Positions 24,440-32,264 are shown, counted from the first letter of the stretch. The stretch is DNA of 35,166 nucleotides from Candidatus Omnitrophica bacterium 4484_171 (GCA_002049895.1 MVCW01000002.1:1-35166); one strand, 5' to 3'. Numbers and translations are program-made. The notes: generated by a model from the letters alone, not told the origin.

Positions 24440-25346
24440 ATAATCTGCCCTGACAGGTTTTTCTCATTTTAAATTCGTTCTCTATTTTCCTCAAAACCAT
24501 CTGTTTCCTGCTCATCCACTCCGGCGCAACCAGTAAATCCTTATCAGCATCGGAAACCAGCCGCAGTATCACATAGTCCGGAGGAATAACCTCAAGAAAA
24601 CTTATCAGAATATCTATATATTCATCTTCAGACAAAAGCCTGACTCCGCCTTTATTATACATTCTATCCAAGGTAGTATCCCTGAGGACATGCAAACAGT
24701 GGAACTTTATTCCCCAAAGCGGCATTGCCGAAATAGTTTTTGCAGTATCAAGCATATCCTCCTTTGATTCTCCCGGAAGGCCCAATATAATATGCGCAGA
24801 GATATGTATATTTCTCTTTTTATGAGTCATATCTACTGCCTTTTTAAAATCAGCAAATGTGTGGTTACGGTTAATAGCTTTGAGCGTCTTATCATGCGCG
24901 CTTTGTAAACCGTATTCTATATACACCTCATATTTATCGGTAAAACTTTCTATAATGCCGAGTTTCTCTTCGTCAATACAATCAGGACGTGTAGAAACAG
25001 CAATGCCCACAATATCATCAAACTTACGTATTACATTATACTGCCTGCTTAATAATTCTTTATCGCCGTAAGTAGAAGTAAACCCTTGGAAATAAGCGAT
25101 AAACTTTTGAGCTTCAAAACGGCGGCGGTTATAACTCATACTGCTCGCGATCTGTTTTTCCAAAGAAATATTATCATGGCGAGAAAAATAACTAAACGCG
25201 CGGTTATTGCAGAATACACATCCTTTATTACTAAAGGTCCCGTCAATATTGGGACACCCGAATCCACCATCTAAACTAAGACGGTGCACGCGGCCGCCAA
25301 AACGGTTTTTTAGATACCGGCTGAAAGAATAATAATAGCTATTCAT
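24414..25346 (-). CDS. radical SAM protein, TIGR01212-like (YhcC family)
   Basis: 310 aa. GGFGCPNIDGTFSNKGCVFCN cluster region and the overall YhcC-family pattern. Family assignment is from memory of the motif. Confidence 0.8.
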   Translation of the reverse strand: MNSYYYSFSRYLKNRFGGRVHRLSLDGGFGCPNIDGTFSNKGCVFCNNRAFSYFSRHDNISLEKQIASSMSYNRRRFEAQKFIAYFQGFTSTYGDKELLSRQYNVIRKFDDIVGIAVSTRPDCIDEEKLGIIESFTDKYEVYIEYGLQSAHDKTLKAINRNHTFADFKKAVDMTHKKRNIHISAHIILGLPGESKEDMLDTAKTISAMPLWGIKFHCLHVLRDTTLDRMYNKGGVRLLSEDEYIDILISFLEVIPPDYVILRLVSDADKDLLVAPEWMSRKQMVLRKIENEFKMRKTCQGRLYESTCYKS

Positions 25347-25353
25347 TATTTCT

Positions 25354-25440
25354 TAGAAGCGGATTACCGCGGATATCTACGCGGAAATGAGCGGAACTCC
25401 GCGTTTATCCGCGTTTTGTTCCGCGGTTTTTCCGCTTCTA
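25354..25440. repeat. GCGGA-word interrupted hairpin element, full copy (A2)
   Basis: Four GCGG words at 25359, 25369, 25381 and 25391, mirrored by four CCGC words at 25399, 25409, 25421 and 25432. The terminal arms tagaagcgga / tccgcttcta are perfect, while the A/T spacers between words do not pair. Confidence 0.9.
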
Positions 25441-25965
25441 TTTTCTCAAACTATAAACGCACCCGCAGTAATTCTGACGATAAACATTGTATTTCCTGGC
25501 AAGCTCATTTGTCCTCTTAAAGCCGTCTTTTTTCTTAAAATCTATCGCCAAAAAATCATCCCCCCCTATCTGGCTGCCAATATCAAATATTACTCTGCTC
25601 TTCTTATGCGGGCTTATTGTAAGAGTTGTAGTAAAATAGTCAAACTTGAGCTTCTTACTTAACAAAAACGTTTCTTTAAGGCGCATACGGTAACATATAC
25701 TACACCGCGCTCCCCCCTCTGGTTCATCTTTAAGGTGTTCGCATAAGGCGAACCATTCTCTGGGGTCATATCCCCCTTCAATTATTTCTATGCCAGTCGA
25801 ATCACGTACTATATTAAGTACTTCTCTTCTTTTCTCATACTCTCCTGAAGGGTGGATATTCGGATTATAGAAAAACCCCTTTACAGTATAACCTTCGCCC
25901 TTAAGCCTCTCTATGCTGGCAAAAGCACATACCCCGCAGCATATATGTAACAGAACTTTATTCAT
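25438..25965 (-). CDS. queH: epoxyqueuosine reductase QueH (DUF208)
   Basis: 175 aa. LLHICCGVCA, FFYNPNIHP..EYEKR, CSICYRMRL and NYCGCVYS are QueH Cys motifs. Confidence 0.88.
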   Translation of the reverse strand: MNKVLLHICCGVCAFASIERLKGEGYTVKGFFYNPNIHPSGEYEKRREVLNIVRDSTGIEIIEGGYDPREWFALCEHLKDEPEGGARCSICYRMRLKETFLLSKKLKFDYFTTTLTISPHKKSRVIFDIGSQIGGDDFLAIDFKKKDGFKRTNELARKYNVYRQNYCGCVYSLRK

Positions 25966-25968
25966 TTT

Positions 25969-26778
25969 CTATAATCCAAAATACTCCTCAACGGTTATAA
26001 AAGAGACTTCTTTCTTAAGACCGGGCATTTCTTCTTTTAACACATCGAGCGTCTCTTTCCTGGGATGGGCGATAACAATAATCTTGCCTTTCTTTCTGGC
26101 TTTCTCCACCAACTCACTTATTTTATTCTTTATATCATTCTTATCTGAAGAGCTGTCTATAAAACCTTCATTATAGAAACTTTTAATACCCATCTTACGC
26201 GCCAAATCAAACGCTACCGAGTTCAAAGAAGTCCTGCTATCAATGAAAATAAGCCCTCTCTCTTTTACTGCCTCAAGCACCACTCTCATCAGCTTAGCAT
26301 CTTCCGTCGCTTTTGAACCCATATGTGTATTTACTCCGACTACTATCCTAAGGTAATCCAGATAATACCTAAGAAGTTTGTTTATGTCGCGCCCGGATAA
26401 AGATGAGCTTATAAACTGGTATTTCTTTGTTTTATGCTTCTTGCTGTCTCTTGGTTCTAAAGGAAGATGTACAAGAACACTGTAACCGCATCTTTTTGAT
26501 ATATACGCTACGTTCCTTGAGAACTTAAGGCCGGGTATAACAGCCACGCTTAATGGCACTTTAAGAGAGTAGATACTGCGTAATACCCGCACACTCTCAC
26601 CCAAATCATCAAATATTAAAGCAATTTCAGGAATAGTCTTGTAGTTTTCAGAGCTTACCAGGATATCTTTATTTAAAGGGAAACTACGGACAGGTTTATT
26701 CTTAAATCTGCTGTAATAATTATAGAGAAGAAACGCTGCGGCTGCAACCAAAACTATTATCTTTACTGCTTTATTCAT
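25969..26778 (-). CDS. divergent polysaccharide deacetylase family protein (YibQ-like)
   Basis: N-terminal TM segment. IALIFDDLGES...LSVAVIPG...VLVHLPLEP...VGVNTHMGS resembles the YibQ/DUF610 pattern. Confidence 0.8.
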   Translation of the reverse strand: MNKAVKIIVLVAAAAFLLYNYYSRFKNKPVRSFPLNKDILVSSENYKTIPEIALIFDDLGESVRVLRSIYSLKVPLSVAVIPGLKFSRNVAYISKRCGYSVLVHLPLEPRDSKKHKTKKYQFISSSLSGRDINKLLRYYLDYLRIVVGVNTHMGSKATEDAKLMRVVLEAVKERGLIFIDSRTSLNSVAFDLARKMGIKSFYNEGFIDSSSDKNDIKNKISELVEKARKKGKIIVIAHPRKETLDVLKEEMPGLKKEVSFITVEEYFGL

Positions 26779-26796
26779 CTATTATTTTTCCCCTGA

Positions 26797-26848
26797 GCGC
26801 ATAAAAGAAACTTTTGCGTAATCTGCGGGCTCTCCGCGATCTCTGCGC
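26797..26848. repeat. array of CGC(A/G)GA-type words in the yibQ-rpe spacer
   Basis: The minus strand reads gcgcagagatcgcggagagcccgcagattacgcaa, with word starts spaced 8, 11 and 9 nt apart. Confidence 0.6.
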
Positions 26849-26849
26849 T

Positions 26850-27479
26850 TTATTTATTATACTCTTCTAAAAAACTATTATATGCTTCTTGCGGTGAAGG
26901 GGCCTTAAGAATCGCACTGCCCACGCATATGTAACTTAGCCCTGCTCTCTTAACATCCTCTATATTGCCCAACTTTACTCCTCCGTCAATACCTGTTTCC
27001 TTGTGCGGATAGAGCTCCTTAAATTTTTTAATCTTATCCAGCACACCCGGTATAAAAGAAGCGCCATAAAATCCGGGGACAACCGACATAAAAAGAATAC
27101 TATCAACCTTATCAACAAATGAGGAAAATTCTTCTATTTTCGTATTGGGATTCACCGCTAATCCTGCCTTTAACCCTGTCTCTCTAATGTTTCGTATAAC
27201 TTCATTCTTATCTTTTTTTATCTCAAAATGAAAAACAATTCTCTGAGCCCCGAAATCCTTAAAAGGAATAACCCAATTCAAGGGGTCATCAGCCATAATA
27301 TGGGCTTCACAACGCAGGGGGCTCTTTAGGCCCTCTAAATCATCCGGCGATATACTCATAGACGGCACAAATTTGCCATCCATAACATCTATCTGAACAA
27401 ACTCTGCAAATTCACCGCAAAGATTCAGCATACGCATAAATTCTTTCCTTTTATCCGTTAATATCGCGGGAACAATCAT
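26850..27479 (-). CDS. ribulose-phosphate 3-epimerase family protein
   Basis: 209 aa. IVPAILT, IDVMDGKFVP, HIM, LAVNP, FMSVVPGFYG and IDGGV match the Rpe TIM-barrel motif order. Strong SD AAGGAGG. Confidence 0.75.
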   Translation of the reverse strand: MIVPAILTDKRKEFMRMLNLCGEFAEFVQIDVMDGKFVPSMSISPDDLEGLKSPLRCEAHIMADDPLNWVIPFKDFGAQRIVFHFEIKKDKNEVIRNIRETGLKAGLAVNPNTKIEEFSSFVDKVDSILFMSVVPGFYGASFIPGVLDKIKKFKELYPHKETGIDGGVKLGNIEDVKRAGLSYICVGSAILKAPSPQEAYNSFLEEYNK

Positions 27480-27498
27480 TTAAACCTCCTTGTCAAAA

Positions 27499-27541
27499 CA
27501 CAGATAATCGCAGACAAAATACACAGATTAACACAGATAAT
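27499..27541. repeat. array of four CAGA(T/C) words, about 10-13 nt apart
   Basis: acacagataat, cgcagacaaa, acacagatta and acacagataat, with CAGA starts at 27501, 27511, 27524 and 27534. Confidence 0.85.
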
Positions 27542-27553
27542 TAGTACATATAT

Positions 27554-27576
27554 CGTATTGCGTATTGCGTACTGCG
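27554..27576. repeat. heptamer tandem repeat, three copies
   Basis: cgtattg cgtattg cgtactg cg. Confidence 0.85.
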
Positions 27577-27716
27577 TTTTCTCTCTTCTAACTTAAAACA
27601 CTTGCACAGTATTTTCTATTTACGCGCTGCGCGGTACTATTTCTATACCCTGCACAGCCTCCGTATACTATCCGCCAAGGACTAAAAACTAACAGCTAGG
27701 AGCCATTTTCTATCCG

Positions 27717-28892
27717 CTAACTGCTTTTAACACTTTTCTTATTAAAGTATTTTTTTAAAACCTTCCCGATGTCTTTATTAAATGTATATTCACTTGTCCG
27801 CCATGATTTTATTATCTTGCTCTTAAATCTGCCCCAAAGCTTAAAATAATTCTCCCATCCAAACACAGGACCCTGCCGCGATAAGAAATCAGGATTGGAG
27901 ATATACTGATATATTCCATTGGGAAATACAAATCCGCTGATTGCTTTATATGTCCAATACGTATAAGAAAAATGATAGCTATCGAATACCTCAAGAATAT
28001 CGCCAAGATAACTTATCTCGCCTGAATGACCGCCCCTAAAATTCACCCCAAATTCACCCACGAATATGTCTACTTTATTACGCCTGCTGAAATCATAATA
28101 CGGTCTTAGATAATTGTACACTTTTCTTTTATTCCACAAAACTTTGCCAATTCTTCCCGGATAGCTAAGGTAAGGAATAAAATTAAAAGTATAATCGAGC
28201 GGCTGGTAAGCGTGTATGCTCACTGCTATATCCTCACCCAGCAGCCCTTCAATAAACTCTATGCGCTGAGCCCATAAGTTTCCCTCCAAAAATATCGTGT
28301 GCTTTTTATCAACGGCTCTTATTCTCTTTATCAGAGAAGAGTAGAATCTTGTGAGAATCTTCATGTCCTTTTTGCCTACGACCGGCTCATTCAATACATC
28401 ATACCCCAGCAAAGCATCTCTGTATTTATATCTTTGGGCAACTGCCTCCCATAGAATATATGTTCTTTCTCTATAGCGTGAATTGCTCCACAGGTAAGAA
28501 CTGCCCATACTGTCAGCATGCCAATCTTTGTTTTGAGCACCGCGGGCGGCATGCAAATCAAGAATGATTTTCAATCTATACTTCTCAGCCCAATCAAATG
28601 CCTTATCCAGATACCTGAACCCGCTGTTAATACGGCTAAAAGGAGGCTCTCCTATTATGCGAAAATTAAACGGCAGACGTACACAGTCTGCTCCAAGCCC
28701 GGCAATAAGCTTAAAATCATTCTCTTCTATAAAATTATTACGGAAATGCCTCTCAAACTTATATAATTCTTCTTTCCCATATACAGACCTAAACCGCCTC
28801 TTAAAATAACTTTCTGCTATATTCCTTCCGCCGAGAAGGTAGCCCTCCATCATGAGCCAGCCGCCGAGATTAACCCCTTTGAATATTCTCAT
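27717..28892 (-). CDS. glycoside hydrolase family 5 (cellulase-like), no signal peptide seen
   Basis: GVNLGGWLMMEGY, DVLNEPV (acid/base Glu) and FVGEFG (nucleophile Glu). Confidence 0.85.
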   Translation of the reverse strand: MRIFKGVNLGGWLMMEGYLLGGRNIAESYFKRRFRSVYGKEELYKFERHFRNNFIEENDFKLIAGLGADCVRLPFNFRIIGEPPFSRINSGFRYLDKAFDWAEKYRLKIILDLHAARGAQNKDWHADSMGSSYLWSNSRYRERTYILWEAVAQRYKYRDALLGYDVLNEPVVGKKDMKILTRFYSSLIKRIRAVDKKHTIFLEGNLWAQRIEFIEGLLGEDIAVSIHAYQPLDYTFNFIPYLSYPGRIGKVLWNKRKVYNYLRPYYDFSRRNKVDIFVGEFGVNFRGGHSGEISYLGDILEVFDSYHFSYTYWTYKAISGFVFPNGIYQYISNPDFLSRQGPVFGWENYFKLWGRFKSKIIKSWRTSEYTFNKDIGKVLKKYFNKKSVKSS

Positions 28893-28922
28893 AATATCTT
28901 TTCCTGCGGAATACCAATTTAA

Positions 28923-29579
28923 TCAACGGTTCTTCTCAACTCCTTTTTTCCTGCAGTAACTTCTAACTTCGCACCTGCTGCACCAAGGAGAAATGGGAAG
29001 GCAAATGTTCTGCCCAAACGCAGCAAGAATAGTATTCAATCTTATCCACCACTTTCTTGCAATAACGCCCTTGAGCGCATTTTCCGTATCATAAGGATTC
29101 CTTGTAGATACCCATCCTAAGCGGTTTGAAATTCTGTGCACATGGGTATCAACGCATATAGCGGGTATGCCGAATCCCAAGCCCAAAACAAGATTAGCAG
29201 TCTTTGGGCCGACTCCATTGAACGATAGCAGCGCTTCTTCATTAGAAGGGACTCTGCCGTTATATTTATCAACTATAATCTGCGCGATACCGCGCAGCAC
29301 CCTGGCCTTATTACGGTAAAAACCAACAGGATAAATAATCTCTGCTATCTCAGCTGTATCCAATTTCAAAATATCATAGGGAGTTTTTATTATCTTAAAA
29401 AGGGATTCGCTTGCTTTAGCTGTAACATCATCTCTGGTGCGCAGGCTTAAAATACAAGAAACAAGAATTCTAAAAGGCTCTCCCTTTCTGTTGGAGACCA
29501 TTGTGACATAAGGAACAGAAACTTTCGATACCTGATTCTCTATTATGCGCAAAATTTTTATACAGCTGCTATTCACCAT
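28923..29579 (-). CDS. nth: endonuclease III
   Basis: HhH-GPD region LLSFNGVGPKTANLVL, DTHVHRISNRLG, and the 4Fe-4S cluster CLPISPWCSRCEVRSYC (C-x6-C-x2-C-x5-C). I prefer ATG 29579 over the ORF-track TTG 29600. Confidence 0.9.
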   Translation of the reverse strand: MVNSSCIKILRIIENQVSKVSVPYVTMVSNRKGEPFRILVSCILSLRTRDDVTAKASESLFKIIKTPYDILKLDTAEIAEIIYPVGFYRNKARVLRGIAQIIVDKYNGRVPSNEEALLSFNGVGPKTANLVLGLGFGIPAICVDTHVHRISNRLGWVSTRNPYDTENALKGVIARKWWIRLNTILAAFGQNICLPISPWCSRCEVRSYCRKKGVEKNR

Positions 29580-29656
29580 ATCGCTTTTACGACAACTCAA
29601 TAACGCTTATTGTAGATATCTTAAATACCATTCCCGCCAACCCTGACGGCCGGACA

Positions 29657-29974
29657 TCATTCGCCCGGAGCAGATACCGGGTATTGAGCAATCCGGGAGG
29701 AGCCATTGCGATATATACGCTTATAGGCACAGAGGTAATCTTTCGGCCAATGCTGGTGAATAATATCTCTTATGGGAACACAATCAAATTTATCACCCCC
29801 AACAGTAACTCTCGGGCCGAATCTATTTGAATAGATATCGCAATAATACTTGCCGTTGTTATCTTTCTTAAGATGGACGCAAGGATCGTCATATGCTCCG
29901 CAGCATGCTCCGCAGCGCCGGCATAAAGCCTCATATTCCTCTTCCCTTTTTATCATATAATCATGATAATTCAT
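29657..29974 (-). CDS. YkgJ-family cysteine-cluster protein (CxxCxxCC)
   Basis: CRRCGACCG motif plus downstream Cys residues. 105 aa. Confidence 0.75.
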   Translation of the reverse strand: MNYHDYMIKREEEYEALCRRCGACCGAYDDPCVHLKKDNNGKYYCDIYSNRFGPRVTVGGDKFDCVPIRDIIHQHWPKDYLCAYKRIYRNGSSRIAQYPVSAPGE

Positions 29975-30102
29975 ATTATGTTAATATCAATATCCCAAGA
30001 ATACACATCACAAACAGCCCTTAAGCTGGTTGGGCATAGCACAAGAAAAAGGTAAAATCCATATCAATTATACCAGAAGAAATAATATTTTTAATTTTTT
30101 TC

Positions 30103-30131
30103 TTGCAAAATTATTTTTTTCTGGTTAAATA
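30103..30131 (+). promoter_or_regulatory. candidate promoter of the polyamine operon
   Basis: TTGCAA (30103-08), a 17-nt spacer, then TGgTTAAATA (hexamer at 30126-31), in the divergent spacer. Confidence 0.3.
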
Positions 30132-30185
30132 TTATATTATTTGGAAAACTTATGTATTATAGGAGGAAATACCAATCTAGGGGGG

Positions 30186-30560
30186 ATGAAAAAAGAATTT
30201 TGTTCTACTAACGGATATGTAAAGTATGCTGGAATCCACCTTATAGTGGAACTATGGAAAGCAAGTAGTCTATCCTCTCTGCCTAAAATAAAAAAAGCCC
30301 TCCAAGAAAGCGTAAAAGCCTGCGGCGCAACACTCCTTAAAATAGACCTCCATAAATTTAACCCCCAGGGGGGCATATCAGGTGTCGCGATAATAGCGGA
30401 ATCTCATATAAGTATACATTCATGGCCGGAATACAAATACGCGGCGATAGACATATTTGTCTGCGGCGACGTAGACCCTTACAAGGCAATACCGGTATTA
30501 AAGAAACAATTCAAACCGGCTAAAGTGCAGATAATGGAAATAAAAAGGGGGGTATTTTAA
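30186..30560 (+). CDS. speH: S-adenosylmethionine decarboxylase proenzyme (pyruvoyl, SpeH type)
   Basis: GIHLIVELW..., FNPQGGISGVAIIAESHISIHSWPEYKYAAIDIFVCGDVDP carries the canonical E|S self-cleavage site. I take ATG 30186 as the start; the ORF-track TTG at 30141 lies at or upstream of the predicted transcription start. Confidence 0.88.
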   Translation: MKKEFCSTNGYVKYAGIHLIVELWKASSLSSLPKIKKALQESVKACGATLLKIDLHKFNPQGGISGVAIIAESHISIHSWPEYKYAAIDIFVCGDVDPYKAIPVLKKQFKPAKVQIMEIKRGVF

Positions 30561-31396
30561 TGTGGTTCTATGAAAGCCTGTACCCTGACATAAAAATAGG
30601 CGTCAAAGGAAAAATCATACATAGAAAAAAGACTCCATATCAGGATATGCAGCTATACTCCACACCAAGATTCGGTAAAATGCTCACGCTTGACGGGGCT
30701 ATACAAACCACCGAAGCAGATGAATTCATATATCATGAGATGCTCACGCATCCTGCTATGATAACCCACCCAAACCCCAAGAATATACTTATAATCGGAG
30801 GCGGAGACGGCGGAGCTTTAAGAGAGGTGCTTAAATACAAAATAAAAAAGGTTTATCTTGTTGAAATAGACAAAGATGTAATTAATATATCAAAGAAATA
30901 CCTCGATAAAATATGCCAAAAATCATTCCATGATAAAAGGCTTAATATTGTCATTGATGACGGTGCTAAATTCATAAAGAATACGAAAGAGAGATTCGAT
31001 ATAGTAATTGTTGATTCTCCTGACCCCATTGGTCCCGCAAAGATATTATTTTCCAAGAGTTTTTACTCCCGGGTAAACTCCATCCTAACCAGCAAAGGAA
31101 TCATGATAAGACAAAGCGGTTCGACTACTCTGCAGGCAGATGAGCTAAAATCGAGTTATAAAACACTTAAAAAGATATTTCCTGTTGTGGAAGTGCAATT
31201 AGCCGCTATCCCCACATATATCGGGGGTTTCTTTAGCTTCATCATCGCCTCAAAGGGTACAAATCCCAAAAAGCTCAATGTTAAAGATATAAAGAAGAGA
31301 ATAAATAAATTGAGGCTTAGAACAAAATACTACAACCCAGAGGTCCATACGGGAAGCATGGGGCTTCCTGGTTATGTAAGGAGGCTTTTAGGATGA
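30560..31396 (+). CDS. speE: spermidine synthase / polyamine aminopropyltransferase
   Basis: 278 aa. LTLDGAIQTTEADEFIYHEML, ILIIGGGDGGALREVLK, VDSPDPIGPA. TAATG overlap with speH. Confidence 0.93.
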   Translation: MWFYESLYPDIKIGVKGKIIHRKKTPYQDMQLYSTPRFGKMLTLDGAIQTTEADEFIYHEMLTHPAMITHPNPKNILIIGGGDGGALREVLKYKIKKVYLVEIDKDVINISKKYLDKICQKSFHDKRLNIVIDDGAKFIKNTKERFDIVIVDSPDPIGPAKILFSKSFYSRVNSILTSKGIMIRQSGSTTLQADELKSSYKTLKKIFPVVEVQLAAIPTYIGGFFSFIIASKGTNPKKLNVKDIKKRINKLRLRTKYYNPEVHTGSMGLPGYVRRLLG

Positions 31397-31752
31397 GAAA
31401 TAAAATATATGGTTATGAACTCATTATGGATTTGTATGGGTGCGATATCAATATTATATCTTCAAAAAGGAAGCTTCAGGAATATACGGACAGGCTTTGC
31501 GAGCTTATAAAGATGGAAAAATACGGAAAAACTCTCATACCGTATTTTGGCAAGAATAAGGAATACACAAAAGGATATTCTTTAGTTCAGCTTATAGAAA
31601 CAAGTTCTATAACCGGGCATTTTTCCGACAACTGGAAAACCGCCTACATCAATATATTTTCCTGCAAAAAGTATAATCATCTTATAGCTAAGAAATTTAC
31701 GAAGGAATTTTTTAGGGCACGCCGCATAAAAGTGCGCTTTATTATCCGTTAA
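31393..31752 (+). CDS. AdoMetDC-fold paralogue (SpeH-like pyruvoyl decarboxylase, substrate unknown)
   Basis: YGYELIMDLYGCD..., GYSLVQLIETSSITGHFSDNWKTAYINIFSCKKY parallels the SpeH layout (GxHLxxELxGC..., SGVxxIxESHIxIHxWPExxYAxIDxFxCG) but has ETSS in place of ESH. 4-nt overlap with speE. Confidence 0.7.
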   Translation: MRNKIYGYELIMDLYGCDINIISSKRKLQEYTDRLCELIKMEKYGKTLIPYFGKNKEYTKGYSLVQLIETSSITGHFSDNWKTAYINIFSCKKYNHLIAKKFTKEFFRARRIKVRFIIR

Positions 31753-31766
31753 AGCCTTCGGCTTTT
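31751..31766 (+). terminator. weak hairpin plus T-run after the polyamine operon
   Basis: aaagcc-ttc-ggcttt followed by t. The stem overlaps the stop codon and has only 3 G:C pairs. Confidence 0.3.
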
Positions 31767-31806
31767 ACACAGATAACCTCAGATAAAAAACAGATTTACG
31801 CAGATT
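31767..31806. repeat. array of four CAGAT words with 10-11 nt spacing
   Basis: CAGAT starts at 31770, 31780, 31791 and 31801. Confidence 0.85.
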
Positions 31807-31820
31807 CATTGTGATTTTTA

Positions 31821-31858
31821 AATTATCAATTAGCATTTTAAAATGCTAATTGATAATT
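31821..31858. repeat. perfect 38-bp palindrome
   Basis: aattatcaattagcatttt (31821-39) is exactly the reverse complement of aaaatgctaattgataatt (31840-58). Confidence 0.97.
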
Positions 31859-31919
31859 CCTGCCTGCGCTGAAGTTTCAGCAAGTAAGTCTCATTTACAT
31901 TGCATTATCTGTGTTTTAC

Positions 31920-32216
31920 CTAATCTGCCATTATCAATCCATCAGGCAGTTGAGAGGAAAGCTTTCCTTTTAATTCATCGGCAGATATTTCTCTGGTAAA
32001 ATAAAAAGTAACTTCTATTTCGCCTTCAACTCCAAGTTTCAAAGCCCGGCTAAAGCTCATTTTCACGCGGGGGCTGAATCCTTTGGTAAAGTATAAAGGG
32101 AGCGAAGTTCTGCGCAGCGCACGCTCAAAAACCCTCACCAAATCAAGCGCGGAAAAATAACGCATATCATTTCCCTTGTAGAATCTTACTTTTAAAGGAA
32201 ATTTGATATCATTCAT
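31920..32216 (-). CDS. radical SAM-linked protein (DUF2344 / TIGR03936-like), about half the usual length
   Basis: VRFYKGNDMRYFSALDLVRVFERALRRTSLPLYFTKGFSPRVKMSFSRALKLGVEGE matches the N-terminal part of DUF2344 proteins. It is 98 aa, whereas I recall roughly twice that for the family. Confidence 0.65.
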   Translation of the reverse strand: MNDIKFPLKVRFYKGNDMRYFSALDLVRVFERALRRTSLPLYFTKGFSPRVKMSFSRALKLGVEGEIEVTFYFTREISADELKGKLSSQLPDGLIMAD

Positions 32217-32221
32217 TGTTC

Positions 32222-32264
32222 CCCCGCGTCTATCCGCGTTTAAATCCGCAGTATTCCGCTTCTA
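32222..32264. repeat. GCGGA-word element, half copy (A3, one arm only)
   Basis: CCGC words at 32224, 32234, 32246 and 32256 (spacing 10, 12, 10), ending in tccgcttcta. About 80% identical to the right arm of the 25354-25440 copy. Confidence 0.85.

Noticed and set aside
27499-27541. CAGATAA arrays as DnaA boxes / a replication origin
   Set aside because: Only the GATAA half resembles TGTGGATAA, and the other half is CACA rather than TGTG. No dnaA or dnaN is nearby, and similar words occur at several other loci. I cannot compute GC skew here; a skew switch at about 27.5 kb would reopen the idea.
27717-28892. GH5 glycosidase without a signal peptide as an oddity
   Set aside because: The start could be mis-set, and cytoplasmic GH5 enzymes exist. 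No neighbouring genes suggest a dedicated system.
30141-30185. TTG start extending SpeH by 15 codons; likewise GTG 1675 for HU/IHF, GTG 10849 for the modular pilin and TTG 29600 for Nth
   Set aside because: The extensions add residues that are absent from family alignments as I remember them. Downstream ATG or GTG starts fit the expected N-termini and RBS or promoter positions better.
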